Assembly: GCA_964016885.1 (NCBI GenBank)
Contig: OZ024744.1
Location: 23,808,001 to 23,872,000, forward strand
Reading direction: 5' to 3'
Source of the DNA: Eledone cirrhosa
Lineage: Eukaryota
Length of the DNA: 64,000 bases
Positions 26,401 to 40,800 of this stretch are shown piece by piece (position 1 is the stretch's first letter; each line of letters begins with the position of its first letter). The position numbers were made by a program, and so were the translations under genes. The notes beneath the pieces were generated by a model. It was not told the origin of the DNA. It worked only from the letters and a program-made list of their open reading frames with translations, and searched no databases.

Positions 26401-29400
26401 TCGTTTTAACAACAGTTGTATCTTCAAATAAAACTCGTTTTAACAACAGTTGAATTTTAAGAACTGACTCGTTTTAACAACAATTGAATCTTAAGATAAA
26501 ACTCGTTTTAGCAACAGTTGAATCTTAAGAACTGACTCGTTTTAACAACAGCTGAATCTTAAGATAAAACTCGTTTTAACAACAGTTGAATCTTAAGAAC
26601 TGACTCGTTTTAACAACAGTTGAATCTTAAGAACTGACTCGTTTTAATAACAGTTGAATCTTAAGAACTGACTCGTTTTAGCAACAGTTGAATCTTAAGA
26701 ACTGATTCGTTTTAACAACAGCTGAATCTTAAGATAAACTCGTTTTAACAACAGTTGAATCTTAAGATAAACTCGTTTTAACAACAGTTGAATCTTAAGA
26801 ACTGACTCGTTTTATCAACAACTGAATCTTAAGATAAAACTCGTTTTAACAACAGTTGAATCTTAAGAACTGACTCGTTTTATCAACAGTTCAACCTTAA
26901 GAACTGACTCATTTTAACAACAGTTGAATCTTCAAATAAAACTCCTTTTAACAACAGTTGAATCTTAAGAACTGACTCGTTTTAACAACAGCTGAATCTT
27001 AAGATAAAACTCGTTTTAACAACAGTTGAATCTTAAGAACTGACTCGTTTTATCAACAGTTCAACCTTAAGAACTGACTCATTTTAACAACAGTTGAATC
27101 TTCAAATAAAACTCGTTTTAACAACAGTTGAATCTTAAGAACTGATTCGTGTTAACAACAGCTGAATCTTAAGATAAACTCGTTTTAACAACAGTTGAAT
27201 CTTAAGATAAAACTCGTTTTAACAACAGTTGAATCTTAAGAACTGATTCGTTTCAACAACAGCTGAATCTTAAGATAAACTCGTTTTAACAACAGTTGAA
27301 TCTTAAGAACTGACTCGTTTTAACAACAGTTGAATCTTAAGATAAAACTCGTTTTAACAACAGTTGAATCTTAAGAACTGACTCGTTTTAACAACAGATG
27401 AATCTTAAGATAAAACTCGTTTTAACAACAGATGAATCTTAAGAACTGACTCGTTTTAACAACAGTTGAATCTTAAGAACTGACTCGTTTTAATAACAGT
27501 TGAATCTTAAGAACTGACTCGTTTTAACAACAGTTGAATCTTAAGAACTGACTCGTTTTATCAACAGTTCAACCTTAAGAACTGACTCATTTTAACAACA
27601 GTTGAATCTTCAAATAAAACTCGTTTTAACAACAGTTGAATCTTAAGAACTGATTCGTGTTAACAACAGCTGAATCTTAAGATAAACTCGTTTTAACAAC
27701 AGTTAAAACTTAAGATAAAACTCGTTTTAACAACAGTTGAATCTTAAGAACTGATTCGTTTTAACAACAGCTGAATCTTAAGATATACTCGTTTTAACAA
27801 CAGTTGAATCTTAAGAACTGACTCATTTTAACAACAGCTGAATTTTAAGATAAACTCGTTTTAACAACAGTTGAATCTTAAGAACTGACTCGTTTTAACA
27901 ACAGCTAAATCTTAAGATAAAACTCGTTTTAACAACAGTTGAATCTTAAGAACTAACTCGTTTTAACAACAGTTGAATCTTAAGATAAAACTCGTTTTAA
28001 CAACAGTTGAATCTTAAGAACTGACTCGTTTTAACGACAGTTGAATCTTAAGATAAAATTCGTTTTAACAACAGTTGAATCTTAAGAACTGCTTCGTTTT
28101 AACAACAGTTCAAACTTAAGAACTGACTCGTTTTAACAACAGTTGAATCTTAAGATAAAACTCGTTTTAACAACACTTGAATCTTAAGAACTAACTCGTT
28201 TTATCAACAGTTCAACCTTAAGAACTGACTCGTTTTAACAACAGTTGAATCTTCAAATAAAACTCGTTTTAACAACAGTTGAATCTTAAGAACTGACTCG
28301 TTTTAACAACAGTTGAATCTTAAGTTAAAACCCGTTTAACAACTGTTGAATCTTAAGAACTGACTCATTTTAACAACAGTTGAATCTTAAGATAAAAATC
28401 GTTTTAACAACAGTTGAATCTTAAGACCTGACTCGTTTTAACAACAGTTCAACCTTAAGAACTGACTCGTTTTAACAACAGTTGAATCTTCAAATAAAAC
28501 TTGTTTAACAACAGTTGAATCTTAAGAACTGACTCGTTTTAACAACAGTTGAATCTTATGTTAAAACTCATTTTAACAACAGTTGAATCTTAAGATAAAA
28601 CTCGTTTTAACAACAGTTGAATCTTAAGAACTGACTCGTTTTAACAACAGCTGAATCTTAAGATAAACTCGTATTAACAACAGTTGAATCTTAAGAACTG
28701 ACTCGTTTTAACAACAGCTGAATCTTAAGACAAAACTTGTTTTAACAACAGTTGAATCTTAAGAACTGACTCGTTTTATCAACAGTACAACCTTAAGAAC
28801 TGACTCGTTTTAACAACAGTTGAATCTTCAAATAAAACTCGTTTTAACAACAGTTGAATCTTAAGAACTGACTCGTTTTAACAACAGATGAATCTTAAGA
28901 TAACACTCGTTTTAACAACAGTTGAATCTTAAGAACTGACTCGTTTTAATAACAGTTGAACCTTAAGAACTGACTCGTTTTATCAACAGTTCAACCTTAA
29001 GAACTGACTCGTTTTAACAACAGTTGAATCTTCAAATAAAACTCGTTTTAACAACAGTTGAATCTTAAGAACTGACTCGTTTTAACAACAGTTGAATCTT
29101 AAGATAAAACCCGTTTTAACAACTGTTGAATCTTAAGAACTGACTCATTTTAACAACAGTTGAATCTTAAGATAAAACTCGTTTTAACAACAGTTGAATC
29201 TTAAGACCTGACTCGTTTTAACAACAGTTTAACCTTAAGAACTGACTCGTTTTAACAACAGTTGAATCTTCAAATAAAACTTGTTTTAACAAGAGTTGAA
29301 TCTTAAAAACTGACTCGTTTTAACAACAGTTGAATCTTATGATAAAACTCATTTTAACAACAGTTGAATCTTAAGATAAAACTCGTTTTAACAACAGTTG

Positions 29401-30950
29401 AATCTTAAGAACTGACTCGTTTTAACAACAGTTGAATCTTAAGATAAAACTCGTTTTAACAACAGTTGAATCTTAAGAACTGATTCGTTTTAACAACAGC
29501 TGAATCTTAAGATAAACTCGTTTTAACAACAGTTGAATCTTAAGAACTGACTCGTTTTAACAACAGCTGAATTTTAAGATAAACTCGTTTTAACAACAGT
29601 TGAATCTTAAGAACTGACTCGTTTTAACAACAGCTAAATCTTAAGATAAAACTCGTTTTAACAACAGTTGAATCTTAAGAACTAACTCGTTTTAACAACA
29701 GTTGAATCTTAAGATAAAACTCGTTTTAACAACAGTTGAATCTTAAGAACTGACTCGTTTTAACAACAGTTGAATCTACAAATAAACCTCGTTTTGACAA
29801 CAGTTTAATCTTAAGAACTGACTCGTTTTAACGACAGTTGAATCTTAAGATAAAATTCGTTTTAACAACAGTTGAATCTTAAGAACTGCTTCGTTTTAAC
29901 AACAGTTCAAACTTAAGAACTGAATCGTTTTAACAACAGTTGAATCTTAAGATAAATCTCGTTTTAACAACAGTTGAATCTTAAGAACTAACTCGTTTTA
30001 TCAACAGTTCAACCTTAAGAACTGACTCGTGTTAACAACAGTTGAATCTTCAAATAAAACTCGTTTTAACAACAGTTGAATCTTAAGAACTGACTCATTT
30101 TAACAACAGTTGAATCTTATGAACTGACTCGTTTTAACAACAGCTGAATCTTAAGATAAAACTCGTATTAACAACAGTTGAATCTTAAGAACTGACTCGT
30201 TTTAACAACAGCTTAATCTTAAGATAAAACTTGTTTTAACAACAGTTGAATCTTAAGAACTGACTCGTTTTAACAACAGTTGAATCTTAAGATAAAACTC
30301 GTTTTAACAACAGTTGAATCTTAAGAACTAACTCGTTTTAACAACAGCTGAATCTTAAGATAAATCTCGTTTTAACAACAGTTGAATCTTAAGAACTGAT
30401 TCGTGTTAACAACAGCTGAATCTTAAGATAAACTCGTTTTAACAACAGTTGAATCTTAAGACAAAACTCGTTTTAACAACAGTTGAAACTTAAGAACTGA
30501 TTCGTTTTAACAACAGCTGATTCTTAAGATAAACTCGTTTTAACAACAGTTGAATCTTAAGAACTGACTCATTTTAACAACAACTGAATTTTAAGATAAA
30601 CTCGTTTTAACAACAGTTGAATCTTAAGAACTGACTCGTTTTAACAACAGCTAAATCTTAAGATAAAACTCGTTTTAACAACATTTGAATGTTAAGAACT
30701 AACTCGTGTTAACAACAGTTGAATCTTAAGATAAAACTCGTTTTATCAACAGTTGAATCTTAAGAACTGACTCGTTTTAACAACAGTTGAATCTTAAGAT
30801 AAAATCCGTTTTAACAAAAGATGAATCTTAAGAACTGGCTCGTTTTAACAACAGTTGAATCTTAAGATATAACTCGTTTTAACAACAGTTGAATCTTAAG
30901 AACTGACTCGTTTTAACAACAGTTCAACCTTAAGAACTGACTCGTTTAAC
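23450..30950 (+). repeat. Satellite domain 2: mosaic with short dispersed duplications
   Basis: Shared rare variants lie at offset 1,764 (CTTTAGAAC 24421/26185; GATAAAGCT 24561/26325; GTTGTATCTTC 24651/26415). A second block (~28200-28620) recurs at offset ~780. Confidence 0.7.
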
Positions 30951-30984
30951 AACAGTTGATTCTTCAAATAAAACTCGTTTTAAC

Positions 30985-33900
30985 AACAGTTAAATCTTAA
31001 GAACTGACTCGTTTTAACAACAGTTGAATCTTAAGATAAAACTCGTTTTAACAACAGTTGAATCTTAAGAACTGTCTCGTTTTAACAACAGTTGAATCTT
31101 AAGAACTGACTCGTTTTAACAACAGTTGAATCTTATGATAAAACTCATTTTAACAACAGTTGAATCTTAAGATAAAACTCGTTTTAACAACAGTTGAATC
31201 TTAAGAACTGACTCGTTTTAACAACAGTTGAATCTTAAGATAAAACTCGTTTTAACGACAGTTGAATCTTAAGAACTGACTCGTTTTAACAACAGTTGAA
31301 TCTTAAGAACTGACTCGTTTTATAAACAGTTCAACCTTAAGTACTGACTCGTTTTAACAACAGTTGAATCTTCAAATATAACTCGTTTTAACAACAGTTG
31401 AATTTTAAGAACTGACTCGTTTTAACAACAGTTGAATCTTAAGATAAAACTCGTTTTAACAACAGTTGAATCTTAAGAACTGACTCGTTTTAACAACAGC
31501 TGAATCTTAAGATAAAACTCGTTTTAACAACAGTTGAATCTTAAGAACTGACTCGTTTTAACAACAGATGAATCTTAAGAACTGACTCGTTTTAATAACA
31601 GTTGAACCTTAAGAACTGACTCGTTTTAACAACAGTTGAATCTTCAAATAAAACTTGTTTTAACAACAGTTGAATCTTAAAAACTGACTCGTTTTAACAA
31701 CAGCTGAATCTTAAGATAAAACTCGTATTAACAACAGTTGAATCTTAAGAACTGACTCGTTTTAACAACAGCTGAATCTTAAGATAAAACTTGTGTTAAC
31801 AACAGTTGAATCTTAAGAACAGACTCGTTTTATCAACAGTACAACCTTAAGAAGTGACTCGTTTTAACAACAGTTGAATCTTCAAATAAAACTCGTTTTA
31901 ACAACAGTTGAATCTTAAGAACTGACTCGTTTTAACAACAGTTGAATCTTAAGAACTGACTCGTTTTAACAACAGTTCAACCTTAAGAACTGACTCGTTT
32001 AACAACAGTTGATTCTTCAAATAAAACTCGTTTTAACAACAGTTCAAACTTAAGAACTGACTCGTTTTAACAACAGTTGAATCTTAAGATAAAACTCGTT
32101 TTAACAACAGTTGAATCTTAAGAACTGATTCGTATTAACAACAGTTGAATATTAAGATAAAACTCGTTTTAACAACAGTTAAATCTTAAGAACTGACTCG
32201 TTTTAACAACAGTTGAATCTTAAGATAAAACTCGTTTTAACAACAGTTGAATCTTAAGAACTGTCTCGTTTTAACAACAGTTGAATCTTAAGAACTGACT
32301 CGTTTTAACAACAGTTGAATCTTATGATAAAACTCATTTTAACAACAGTTGAATCTTAAGATAAAACTCGTTTTAACAACAGTTGAATCTTAAGAACTGA
32401 CTCGTTTTAACAACAGTTGAATCTTAAGATAAAACTCGTTTTAACGACAGTTGAATCTTAAGAACTGACTCGTTTTAACAACAGTTGAATCTTAAGAACT
32501 GACTCGTTTTATAAACAGTTCAACCTTAAGTACTGACTCGTTTTAACAACAGTTGAATCTTCAAATATAACTCGTTTTAACAACAGTTGAATTTTAAGAA
32601 CTGACTCGTTTTAACAACAGTTGAATCTTAAGATAAAACTCGTTTTAACAACAGTTGAATCTTAAGAACTGACTCGTTTTAACAACAGCTGAATCTTAAG
32701 ATAAAACTCGTTTTAACAACAGTTGAATCTTAAGAACTGACTCGTTTTAACAACAGATGAATCTTAAGAACTGACTCGTTTTAATAACAGTTGAACCTTA
32801 AGAACTGACTCGTTTTAACAACAGTTGAATCTTCAAATAAAACTTGTTTTAACAACAGTTGAATCTTAAAAACTGACTCGTTTTAACAACAGCTGAATCT
32901 TAAGATAAAACTCGTATTAACAACAGTTGAATCTTAAGAACTGACTCGTTTTAACAACAGCTGAATCTTAAGATAAAACTTGTGTTAACAACAGTTGAAT
33001 CTTAAGAACAGACTCGTTTTATCAACAGTACAACCTTAAGAAGTGACTCGTTTTAACAACAGTTGAATCTTCAAATAAAACTCGTTTTAACAACAGTTGA
33101 ATCTTAAGAACTGACTCGTTTTAACAACAGTTGAATCTTAAGAACTGACTCGTTTTAACAACAGTTCAACCTTAAGAACTGACTCGTTTAACAACAGTTG
33201 ATTCTTCAAATAAAACTCGTTTTAACAACAGTTCAAACTTAAGAACTGACTCGTTTTAACAACAGTTGAATCTTAAGATAAAACTCGTTTTAACAACAGT
33301 TGAATCTTAAGAACTGATTCGTATTAACAACAGTTGAATATTAAGATAAAACTCGTTTTAACAACAGTTAAATCTTAAGAACTGACTCGTTTTAACAACA
33401 GTTGAATCTTAAGATAAAACTCGTTTTAACAACAGTTGAATCTTAAGAACTGTCTCGTTTTAACAACAGTTGAATCTTAAGAACTGACTCGTTTTAACAA
33501 CAGTTGAATCTTATGATAAAACTCATTTTAACAACAGTTGAATCTTAAGATAAAACTCGTTTTAACAACAGTTGAATCTTAAGAACTGACTCGTTTTAAC
33601 AACAGTTGAATCTTAAGATAAAACTCGTTTTAACGACAGTTGAATCTTAAGAACTGACTCGTTTTAACAACAGTTGAATCTTAAGAACTGACTCGTTTTA
33701 TAAACAGTTCAACCTTAAGTACTGACTCGTTTTAACAACAGTTGAATCTTCAAATATAACTCGTTTTAACAACAGTTGAATTTTAAGAACTGACTCGTTT
33801 TAACAACAGTTGAATCTTAAGATAAAACTCGTTTTAACAACAGTTGAATCTTAAGAACTGACTCGTTTTAACAACAGCTGAATCTTAAGATAAAACTCGT

Positions 33901-34030
33901 TTTAACAACAGTTGAATCTTAAGAACTGACTCGTTTTAACAACAGATGAATCTTAAGAACTGACTCGTTTTAATAACAGTTGAACCTTAAGAACTGACTC
34001 GTTTTAACAACAGTTGAATCTTCAAATAAA
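30985..34030 (+). repeat. Near-perfect tandem higher-order repeat, 1,189-bp unit (35 monomers, one of them 33 bp), about 2.5 copies
   Basis: GTACTGACTC at 31341/32530/33719, ACTGTCTC at 31071/32260/33449 and GATTCTTCAA at 32011/33200 are all exactly 1,189 apart. Confidence 0.92.
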
Positions 34031-34899
34031 ACTCGTTTTAACAACAGTTGAATCTTAAGAACTGACTCGTTTTAACAACAGTTGAATCTTAAGATGAAAC
34101 TCGTTTTAACAACAGTTGAATCTTAAGACCTGACTCGTTTTAACAACAGTTCAACCTTAAGAACTGACTCGTTTTAACAACAGTTGAATCTTCAAATAAA
34201 ACTTGTTTTAACAACAGTTGAATCTTAAAAACTGACTCGTTTTAACAACAGCTGAATCTTAAGATAAAACTCGTATTAACAACAGTTGAATCTTAAGAAC
34301 TGACTCGTTTTAACAACAGCTGAATCTTAAGATAAAACTTGTGTTAACAACAGTTGAATCTTAAGAACATACTCGTTTTATCAACAGTACAACCTTAAGA
34401 AGTGACTCGTTTTAACAACAGTTGAATCTTCAAATAAAACTCGTTTTAACAACAGTTGAATCTTAAGAACTGACTCGTTTTAACAACAGTTGAATCTTAA
34501 GAACTGACTCGTTTTATCAACAGTTCAACCTTAAGAACTGACTCATTTTAACAACAGTTGAATCTTCAAATATAACTCGTTTTAACAACAGTTGAATCTT
34601 AAGAACTGACTCGTTTTAACAACAGCTGAATCTTAAGATAAAACTCGTTTTAACAACAGTTGAATCTTAAGAACTGACTCGTTTTATCAACAGTTCAACC
34701 TTAAGAACTGACTCATTTTAACAACAGTTGAATCTTCAAATAAAACTCGTTTTAACAACAGTTGAATCTTAAGAACTGATTCGTGTTAACAACAGCTGAA
34801 TCTTAAGATAAACTCGTTTTAACAACAGTTGAATCTTAAGATAAAACTCGTTTTAACAACAGTTGAATCTTAAGAACTGACTCGTTTTAACAACAGCTG

Positions 34900-37800
34900 A
34901 ATTTTAAGATAAACTCGTTTTAACAACAGTTGAATCTTAAGAACTGACTCGTTTTAACATCAGCTAAATCTTAAGATAAAACTCGTTTTAACAACAGTTG
35001 AATCTTAAGAACTAACTCGTGTTAACAACAGTTGAATCTTAAGATAAAACTCGTTTTAACAACAGTTGAATCTTAAGAACTGTCTCGTTTTAACAACAGT
35101 TGAATCTTAAGAACTGACTCGTTTTAACAACAGTTGAATCTTATGATAAAACTCTTTTTAACAACAGTTGAATCTTAAGATAAAACTCGTTTTAACAACA
35201 GTTGAATCTTAAGAACTGACTCGTTTTAACAACAGTTTAATCTTAAGAACTGACTCGTTTTATAAACAGTTCAACCTTAAGAACTGACTCGTTTTAACAA
35301 CAGTTGAATCTTCAAATAAAAGTCGTTTTAACAACAGTTGAATATTAAGAACTGACTCGTTTTAACAGCAGTTGAATCTTAATATAAAACTCGTTTTAAC
35401 AACAGTTGAATCTTAAGAACTGACTCGTTTTAATAACAGTTGAATCTTAAGATAAAACTCGTTTTAACAACAGTTGAATCTTAATAACTGACTCGTTTTA
35501 TCAACAGTTCAACCTTAAGAACTGACTCATTTTAACAACATTTGAATCTTCAAATAAAACTCGTTTTAACAACAGTTGAATGTTAAGAACTGATTCGTTT
35601 TAACAACAGCTGAATCTTAAGATAAACTCGTTTTAACAACAGTTGAATCTTAAGATAAACCTCGTTTTAACAACAGTTTAATCTTAAGAACTGACTCGTT
35701 TTAACAACAGTTGAATCTTAAGATAAAATTCGTTTTAACAACAGTTGAATCTTAAGAACTGATTCGTTTTAACAACAGTTCAAACTTAAGAACTGACTCG
35801 TTTTAACAACAGTTGAATCTTAAGATAAAACTCGTTTTAACAACAGTTGAATCTTAAGAACTGTCTCGTTTTAACAACAGTTGAATCTTAAGAACTGACT
35901 CGTTTTAACAACAGTTGAATCTTATGATAAAACTCGTTTTAACAACAGTTGAATCTTAAGAACTGACTCGTTTTAACAACAGTTGAATCTTAAGATAAAA
36001 CTCGTTTTAACAACAGTTGAATCTTAAGAACTGACTCGTTTAACAACAGTTTAATCTTAAGAACTGACTCGTTTTATAAACAGTTCAACCTTAAGAACTG
36101 ACTCGTTTTAACAACAGTTGAATCTTCAAATAAAACTCGTTTTAGCAACAGTTGAATCTTAAGAACTGACTCGTTTTAATAACAGTTGAATCTTAAGATA
36201 AAACTCGTTTTAACAACAGTTGAATCTTAAGAACTGACTCGTTTTAACAACAGCTGAATTTTAAGATAAAACTCGTTTTAACAACAGTTGAATCTTAATA
36301 ACTGACTCGTTTTATCAACAGTTCAACCTTAAGAACTGACTCATTTTAACAACATTTGAATCTTCAAATAAAACTCGTTTTAACAACAGTTGAATGTTAA
36401 GAACTGATTCGTTTTAACAACAGCTGAATCCTAAGATAAACTCGTTTTAACAACAGTTGAATCTTAAGATAAACCTCGTTTTAACAACAGTTTAATCTTA
36501 AGAACTGACTCGTTTTAACAACAGTTGAATCTTAAGATAAAATTCGTTTTAACAACAGTTGAATCTTAAGAACTGATTCGTTTTAACAACAGTTCAAACT
36601 TAAGAACTGACTCGTTTTAACAACAGTTGAATCTTAAGATAAAACTCGTTTTAACAACAGTTGAATCTTAAGAACTGATTCGTATTAACAACAGTTGAAT
36701 ATTAAGATAAAACTCGTTTTAACAACAGTTAAATCTTAAGAACTGTCTCGTTTTAACAATAGTTGAATCTTAAGAACTGACTCGTTTTAACAACAGTTGA
36801 ATCTTATGATAAAACTCGTTTTAACAACAGTTGAATCTTAACAACTGACTCGTTTTAACAACAGTTGAATCTTAAGAACTGACTCGTTTTATAAACAGTT
36901 CAACCTTAAGAACTGACTCGTTTTAACAACAGTTGAATCTTCAAATAAAACTCGTTTTAACAACAGTTGAATATTAAGAACTGACTCGTTTTAACAGCAG
37001 TTGAATCTTAATATAAAACTCGTTTTAACAACAGTTGAATCTTAAGATAAAACTTGTTTTAACAACAGTTGAATCGTAAGAACTGACTCGTTTTAATAAC
37101 AGTTGAATCTTAAGATAGAACTCGTTTTAACAACAGTTGAATCTTAAGAACTGACTCGTTTTAACAACAGCTGAATTTTAAGATAAAACTCGTTTTAACA
37201 ACAGTTGAATCTTAAGAACTGACTCGTTTTATCAACAGTTCAACCTTAAGAACTGACTCATTTTAACAACAGTTGAATCTTCAAATAAAACTCGTTTTAA
37301 CAACAGTTGAATGTTAAGAACTGAATCGTTTTAACAACAGCTGAATCTTAAGATAAACTCGTTTTAACAACAGTTGAATCTTAAGATAAACCTCGTTTTA
37401 ACATCAGTTTAATCTTAAGAACTGAATCGTTTTAACAACAGTTGAATCTTAAGATAAAATTCGTTTTAACAATAGTTGAATCTTAAGAACTGATTCGTTT
37501 TAACAACAGTTCAAACTTAAGAACTGACTCGTTTTAACAACAGCTGAATCTTAAGAACTGATTCGTATTAACAACAGCTGAATCTTAAGATAAACTCGTT
37601 TTAACAACAGTTGAATCTTAAGATAAAACTCGTTTTAACTACAGTTGAATCTTAAGAACTGACTCGTTTTAACAACAGCTGAATCTTAAGATAAACCTCG
37701 TTTTAACAACAGTTGTATCTTAAGAACTGATTCGTTTTAACAACAGATGAATCTTAAGATAAACCTCGTTTTAACAACAGTTGAATCTTGAGAACTGGCT

Positions 37801-40800
37801 CGTTTAAACAACAGTTGAATCTTAAGATAAAACTCGTTTTAACAACAGTTGAATCTTAAGAACTGACTCGTTTTAACAACAGTTGAATCTTAAGATAAAA
37901 CTCGTTTTAACAACAGTTGAATCTTAAGAACTGACTCGTTTTAACAACAGCTGAATCTTAAGATAAAACTCGTATTAACAACAGTTGAATCTTAAGAACT
38001 GACTCGTTTTATCAACAGTTCAACCTTAAGAACTGACTCGTTTTAACAACAGTTGAATCTTCAAATAAAACTCGTTTTAACAACAGTTGAATCTAAAGAA
38101 CTGACTCGTTTTAACAACAGTTGAATCTTAAGATAAAACTCGTTTTAACAACAGTTGAATCTTGAGAACTGGCTCGTTTAAACAACAGTTGAATCTTAAG
38201 AACTGACTCGTTTTAACAACAGTTGAATCTTAAGAACTGACTCGTTTTAACAACAGTTGAATCTTAAGATAAAACTCGTTTTAACAACAGTTGAATCTTA
38301 AGAACTGACTCGTTTTAACAACAGCTGAATCTTAAGATAAAACTCGTATTAACAACAGTTGAATCTTAAGAACTGACTCGTTTTATCAACAGTTCAACCT
38401 TAAGAACTGACTCGTTTTAACAACAGTTGAATCTTCAAATAAAACTCGTTTTAACAACAGTTGAATCTAAAGAACTGACTCGTTTTAACAACAGCTGAAT
38501 ATTAAGATTAAACTCGTTTTAACAACAGTTGAATCTTAAGGCAAAACCCGTTTTAACAACAGTTCAATCTTAAGAACTTTCTCGTTTTAACAACAGTTGA
38601 ATCTTAAGATAAACCTCGTTTTAACAACAGTTTAATCTTAAGAACTGACTCGTTTTAACAACAGTTGAATCCTAAGATAAAATTCGTTTTAACAACAGTT
38701 GAATCTTAAGAACTGACTCGTTTTATAAACAGTTCAACCTAAAGAACTGACTCGTTTTAACAACTGTTGAATCTTCAAATAAAACTCGTTTTAACGACAG
38801 TTGAATATTAAGAACTGACTCGTTTTAACAGCAGTTGAATCTTAATCTAAAACTCGTTTTAATAACAGTTGAATCTTAAGATAAAACTCGTTTTAACAAC
38901 AGTTTAATCTTAAGAACTGACTCGTTTTAACAACAGTTGAATTTTAAGATAAAACTCGTTTTAACAACAGTTGAATCTTAAGAACTGACTCGTTTTATCA
39001 ACAGTTCAACCTTAAGAACTGACTCATTTTAACAAAAGTTGAATCTTCAAATAAAACTCGTTTTAACAACAGTTCACTGTTAAGAACTAATTCGTTTTAA
39101 CAACAGCTGAATCTGAAGATAAAACTCGTTTTAACAACAGTTGAATCTTAAGATAAAACTCGTTTTAACAACAGTTGAATCTTAAGAACTGACTCGTTTT
39201 AACAACAGCTGAATTTTAAGATAAAACTCGTTTTAACAACAGTTGAATCTTAAGAACTGACTCGTTTTATCAACAGTTCAACCTTAAGAACTGACTCATT
39301 TTAACAAAAGTTGAATCTTAAAATAAAACTCGTTTTAACAACAGTTGAATCTTAAGAACTGACTCGTTTTAACAACAGTTGAATCTTAAGATAAAACTCG
39401 TTTTAACAACAGTTGAATCTTAAGAACTGTCTCGTTTTAACAACAGTTGAATCTTAAGAACTAACTCGTTTTAACAACAGTTGAATCTTAAGAACTGACT
39501 CGTTTTAACAACAGTTGAATCTTAAGAACTGACTCGATTTATAAACAGTTCAACCTTAAGAACTGACTCGTTTTAACAACAGTTGAATCTTCAAATAAAA
39601 CTCGTTTTAACAACAGTTGAATATTAAGAACTGACTCGTTTTAACAGCAGTTGAATCTTAATATAAAACTCGTTTTAACAACAGTTGAATCTTAATATAA
39701 AACTCGTTTTAACAACAGTTGAATCTTAAGAACTGACTCGTTTTAATAACAGTTGAATCTTAAGATAGAACTCGTTTTAACAACAGTTGAATCTTAAGAA
39801 CTCACTCGTTTTATCAACAGTTCAACCTTAAGAACTGACTCATTTTAACAACAGTTGAATCTTCAAATAAAACTCGTTTTAACAACAGTTGAATCTTAAG
39901 AACTGATTCGTTTTAACAACAGCTGAATCTTAAGATAAACTCGTTTTAACAACAGTTGAATCTTAAGATAAAATTCGTTTTAACAACAGTTGAATCTTAA
40001 GAACTGACTCGTTTTAACATCAGCTAAATCTTAAGATAAAACTCGTTTTAACAACAGTTGAATCTTAAGAACTAACTCGTGTTAACAACAGTTGAATCTT
40101 AAGATAAACCTCGTTTTAACAACAGTTTAATCTTAAGAACTGACTCGTTTTAACAACAGTTGAATCTTAAGATAAAATTCGTTTTAACAACAGTTGAATC
40201 TTAAGAACTGATTCGTTTTAACAACAGTTCAAACTTAAGAACTGACTCGTTTTAACAACAGTTGAATCTTAAGATAAAACTCGTTTTAACAACAGTTGAA
40301 TCTTAAGAACTGATTCGTATTAACAACAGTTGAATATTAAGATAAAACTCGTTTTAACAACAGTTAAATCTTAAGAACTGACTCGTTTTAACAACAGTTG
40401 AATCTTAAGATAAAACTCGTTTTAACAACAGTTGAATCTTAAGAACTGTCTCGTTTTAACAACAGTTGAATCTTAAGAACTGACTCGTTTTAACAACAGT
40501 TGAATCTTATGATAAAACTCGTTTTAACAACAGTTGAATCTTAAGAACTGACTCGTTTTAACAACAGTTGAATCTTAAGATAAAACTCGTTTTAACAACA
40601 GTTGAATCTTAAGAACTGACTCGTTTAACAACAGTTTAATCTTAAGAACTGACTCGTTTTATAAACAGTTCAACCTTAAGAACTGACTCGTTTTAACAAC
40701 AGTTGAATCTTCAAATAAAACTCGTTTTAGCAACAGTTGAATCTTAAGAACTGACTCGTTTTAATAACAGTTGAATCTTAAGATAAAACTCGTTTTAACA

